A DNA stretch of 1,053 bases from Escherichia coli. GTDB taxonomy: Bacteria; Pseudomonadota; Gammaproteobacteria; Enterobacterales; Enterobacteriaceae. The notes below the pieces were generated by a model. The model was not told where the DNA came from. It was given only the letters and a program-made list of their open reading frames with translations, and did no database searches. The DNA lies in NCBI RefSeq assembly GCF_003334385.1, contig NZ_QOWN01000131.1. One strand, given 5' to 3'. Made by a program: the position numbers and the translations under genes. Positions 1 through 1,053 of the stretch are shown here, one piece after another. Every line of letters starts with the position of its first letter. The stretch's first letter is position 1.

Positions 1-96
1 AAATCGCGTCAGTACAGTAAACGCGCTGGTGGCGGTGAATACCTGTCTTTCAGCTTGCTGGCTTTTTCGACAAGAGTTATTGGTGTGTCACGTTAA
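1..96 (+). CDS. Possible 3' end of an upstream CDS (partial, function unknown)
   Basis: Frame 1 is open from the window edge to TAA at 94-96 and reads KSRQYSKRAGGGEYLSFSLLAFSTRVIGVSR*. The first ~18 codons use typical enterobacterial preferred codons (cgt, cgc, ggt, ggc, gaa, ctg). A stop at 96 leaves a 19-nt gap containing the SD for the next gene, which fits tight phage-style packing. The alternative is frame 3, which stops at TAA 18-20. The fragment is too short to discriminate or to assign a function. Confidence 0.3.
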   Translation, partial: KSRQYSKRAGGGEYLSFSLLAFSTRVIGVSR

Positions 97-102
97 CCGG
101 AA

Positions 103-108
103 AAGGGA
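103..108 (+). promoter_or_regulatory. Shine-Dalgarno-like ribosome binding site for the 116-313 ORF
   Basis: AAGGGA lies at 103-108. Its GGGA core ends 7 nt upstream of ATG 116, which is near-optimal spacing. Confidence 0.55.
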
Positions 109-115
109 AAAAGAC

Positions 116-313
116 ATGCTGAAACAGCAGGATATGACCGAAACCGCCAGAGTGGTGTTTAATGAATTAAGTGCCACCGAACCGGCGACAGTCGGGGAGA
201 TTGCGCAGAATACTTACCTTTCACGTGAACGCTGCCAGTTAATACTGACCCAGCTTGTTATGGCGGGGCTGGCAGACTATCAGTTCGGTTGTTACAGACG
301 CCTTCAGTCCTGA
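116..313 (+). CDS. Small hypothetical protein (65 aa), winged-helix/HTH-like putative DNA-binding protein
   Basis: ATG 116 is preceded by AAGGGA with 7-nt spacing, and the stop is TGA 311-313. Translation: MLKQQDMTETARVVFNELSATEPATVGEIAQNTYLSRERCQLILTQLVMAGLADYQFGCYRRLQS. The pattern is helix (ARVVFNELS), then TVGEIAQNT, a turn, and an amphipathic helix (SRERCQLILTQLVMAGL). That is typical of small stand-alone winged-helix proteins. The track's GTG 29 start would add a Cys/Trp-rich, non-protein-like 29 aa with no SD. This frame is stop-free back to the window edge, so an upstream start cannot be formally excluded. A terminator follows immediately downstream. Confidence 0.7.
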   Translation: MLKQQDMTETARVVFNELSATEPATVGEIAQNTYLSRERCQLILTQLVMAGLADYQFGCYRRLQS

Positions 314-327
314 AGGCTTTTTTATTT
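300..327 (+). terminator. Rho-independent (intrinsic) terminator overlapping the stop codon of the 116-313 ORF
   Basis: GCCTTCA (300-306) pairs perfectly with TGAAGGC (311-317), giving a 7-bp stem around the 4-nt loop GTCC (307-310). It is followed directly by TTTTTTATTT (318-327). There is no matching A-tract upstream, so it is unidirectional for + strand transcription. Confidence 0.85.
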
Positions 328-340
328 GTGGTAAATGGGC

Positions 341-371
341 GGCTGGTGGGTGTTAGGGGCACTCACCAGCC
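341..371 (+). repeat. Strong inverted repeat / stem-loop in the intergenic leader (function unknown)
   Basis: GGCTGGTGGGTG (341-352) pairs with CACTCACCAGCC (360-371). That gives 12 bp (11 Watson-Crick plus one G-U at 349/363) around the 7-nt loop TTAGGGG (353-359). No U-tract follows on the + strand (ATCTGCTCATG), so it is not a canonical intrinsic terminator. Confidence 0.6.
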
Positions 372-412
372 ATCTGCTCATGCGTCCGGATCACAAGCAA
401 ACCTCAGGCCCA

Positions 413-431
413 CTGCTTTGCGCAAAAGCAG
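413..431. promoter_or_regulatory. Near-perfect palindrome; candidate operator or RNA hairpin upstream of the methyltransferase start
   Basis: The sequence is CTGCTTTGCGCAAAAGCAG. The core TTTGCGCAAA (417-426) is a perfect 10-bp palindrome, and the outer arms CTGC/GCAG match with one extra A. As RNA it forms a 7-bp stem (413-419 with 425-431) and the 5-nt loop GCGCA. It lies 33 nt upstream of ATG 464. Its regulatory role is inferred only. Confidence 0.35.
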
Positions 432-463
432 AATGAGCCTATCAGAGACAGGCTTAATGATCC

Positions 464-1053
464 ATGCTTAGTACTGTAAAAATATCCAGTTGTGAGTTAA
501 TCAACGCCGACTGCCTGGAATTTATCCGGTCGTTACCCGAAAATTCTGTTGACCTGATAGTCACGGACCCGCCGTACTTTAAAGTGAAGCCTGAGGGCTG
601 GGATAACCAGTGGAAGGGCGACGATGATTACCTGAAGTGGCTGGACCAGTGTCTTGCGCAGTTCTGGCGGGTGCTGAAACCTGCCGGAAGTCTTTACCTG
701 TTCTGTGGCCATCGCCTGGCGTCTGACATTGAAATCATGATGCGTGAACGCTTCAATGTGCTGAACCATATTATCTGGGCGAAGCCGTCCGGACGCTGGA
801 ACGGGTGCAACAAGGAAAGCCTGAGGGCATATTTCCCCGCCACAGAGCGCATTCTGTTCGCGGAACATTATCAGGGGCCGTATCGCCCGAAAGATGCCGG
901 GTATGAGGCGAAGGGCAGGGCACTGAAACAGCATGTGATGGCCCCGCTGATTTCTTACTTTCGTGATGCGCGTGCTGCCCTGGGGATAACGGCAAAACAG
1001 ATTGCTGATGCCACAGGAAAGAAAAACATGGTGTCGCACTGGTTCAGTGCCAG
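464..1053 (+). CDS. DNA methyltransferase, beta-class N6-adenine/N4-cytosine type (N6_N4_Mtase/PF01555-like), 5' partial; continues beyond the window
   Basis: I translated this by hand. ATG 464 is the first possible start because in-frame TGA sits at 458-460. The frame then stays stop-free for 196 codons to the window edge. Translation: MLSTVKISSCELINADCLEFIRSLPENSVDLIVTDPPYFKVKPEGWDNQWKGDDDYLKWLDQCLAQFWRVLKPAGSLYLFCGHRLASDIEIMMRERFNVLNHIIWAKPSGRWNGCNKESLRAYFPATERILFAEHYQGPYRPKDAGYEAKGRALKQHVMAPLISYFRDARAALGITAKQIADATGKKNMVSHWFSA. It has the N-terminal signature xDCLEfixsLPxNSVDLIvTDPPY, with catalytic motif IV DPPY at nt 566-577 (residues 35-38). That is followed by W..W....L..VLKPxGSLyxF, the canonical layout of beta-class amino-methyltransferases. 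Codon usage is typical of enterobacteria (ctg, ccg, gcg, cgc). The AdoMet motif (FxGxG) is expected downstream, outside the window. The SD is weak (CAGG 449-452, 11 nt from the ATG). Confidence 0.92.
   Translation, partial: MLSTVKISSCELINADCLEFIRSLPENSVDLIVTDPPYFKVKPEGWDNQWKGDDDYLKWLDQCLAQFWRVLKPAGSLYLFCGHRLASDIEIMMRERFNVLNHIIWAKPSGRWNGCNKESLRAYFPATERILFAEHYQGPYRPKDAGYEAKGRALKQHVMAPLISYFRDARAALGITAKQIADATGKKNMVSHWFSA

Noticed and set aside
29-115. GTG-29 N-terminal extension of the small ORF (94-aa version in the track)
   Set aside because: The extra 29 aa (MAVNTCLSACWLFRQELLVCHVNRKREKD) are Cys/Trp-rich with no SD upstream of GTG 29. ATG 116 has a well-spaced AAGGGA. The extension would also overlap the better-looking frame-1 reading that ends at 94-96.
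341-371. The 12-bp hairpin as a second intrinsic terminator
   Set aside because: No U-tract follows on the + strand (ATCTGCTC). On the minus strand the stem is followed by GCCCATTTACCAC, which is only a weak, interrupted T-run. It is kept as an unexplained structure rather than a terminator.
372-412. The CA-rich single-stranded linker (GGATCACAAGCAAACCTCAGG) as a possible sRNA seed or anti-sRNA sponge, for example against the GU-rich GcvB seed as described for EHEC prophage anti-sRNAs
   Set aside because: Manual pairing against the GcvB R1 sequence as I recall it gives only a ~6-nt match (GCAAAC with GUUUGC) and no extension. No promoter or U-tract terminator brackets the region on either strand.
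389-462. Both GATC sites in the window (389-392 and 459-462, the latter 1 nt from the methylase ATG) fall in the intergenic leader, hinting at Dam-sensitive regulation
   Set aside because: Two sites in 1053 bp is below or near random expectation (~4). With n=2 the clustering has no statistical weight. The specificity of the encoded methylase is unknown.
289-471. 60-aa + strand ORF spanning the intergenic region
   Set aside because: It starts at TTG inside the 116-313 ORF, reads straight through the intrinsic terminator hairpin and T-tract, and overlaps the methyltransferase start. It has no SD. Its composition (GRLVGVRGTHQPSAHASGSQ...) looks like translated structured non-coding sequence.
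771-995. 74-aa minus-strand ORF from the supplied track
   Set aside because: It lies entirely within the methyltransferase coding region on the opposite strand. Its translation is Pro/Ser/His/Arg-rich (MPLSPGQHAHHESKK...) and typical of antisense reading of a coding region. No RBS or motif supports it.
533-1039. 168-aa minus-strand ORF from the supplied track
   Set aside because: It is the exact codon-register reverse complement of the + strand methyltransferase frame. It stays open only because the sense gene avoids TTA/CTA/TCA codons until TTA at 533-535. It uses a GTG start with no SD. Its product is Arg/Pro/His/Leu-rich and low in plausibility, with no recognisable motif. The opposite strand carries a DPPY methyltransferase signature.
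1-1053. Search for CRISPR repeats, tandem or direct repeats, IS/transposon terminal inverted repeats, att-like sites, and tRNA/rRNA
   Set aside because: No repeated unit of 12 nt or more recurs in the window, and there are no cloverleaf-compatible segments. The only inverted repeats are the local hairpins already listed.

Overview
This window looks like a densely packed, + strand enterobacterial prophage-type segment of about 50% GC. All convincing content is on the + strand. (1) Frame 1 may hold the 3' end of an upstream gene, closing at TAA 94-96. (2) A 65-aa ORF (116-313) has a good Shine-Dalgarno and a winged-helix-like sequence pattern. (3) A textbook Rho-independent terminator (300-327) overlaps that ORF's stop codon. 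(4) A 136-nt non-coding spacer (328-463) carries three stem-loops or palindromes. (5) The 5' part of a beta-class (PF01555-type, N-terminal DPPY) N6-adenine/N4-cytosine DNA methyltransferase starts at ATG 464 and runs off the 3' edge. The ORF track omits this gene because it has no stop in the window. The two minus-strand ORFs it lists (533-1039, 771-995) are antisense shadows of the methyltransferase. I see no CRISPR array, tRNA/rRNA, transposon ends or restriction endonuclease. Nothing here can be called a novel system from sequence alone. The points most worth follow-up are the apparently solitary methyltransferase, its terminator plus structured leader, and the small winged-helix-like gene upstream.
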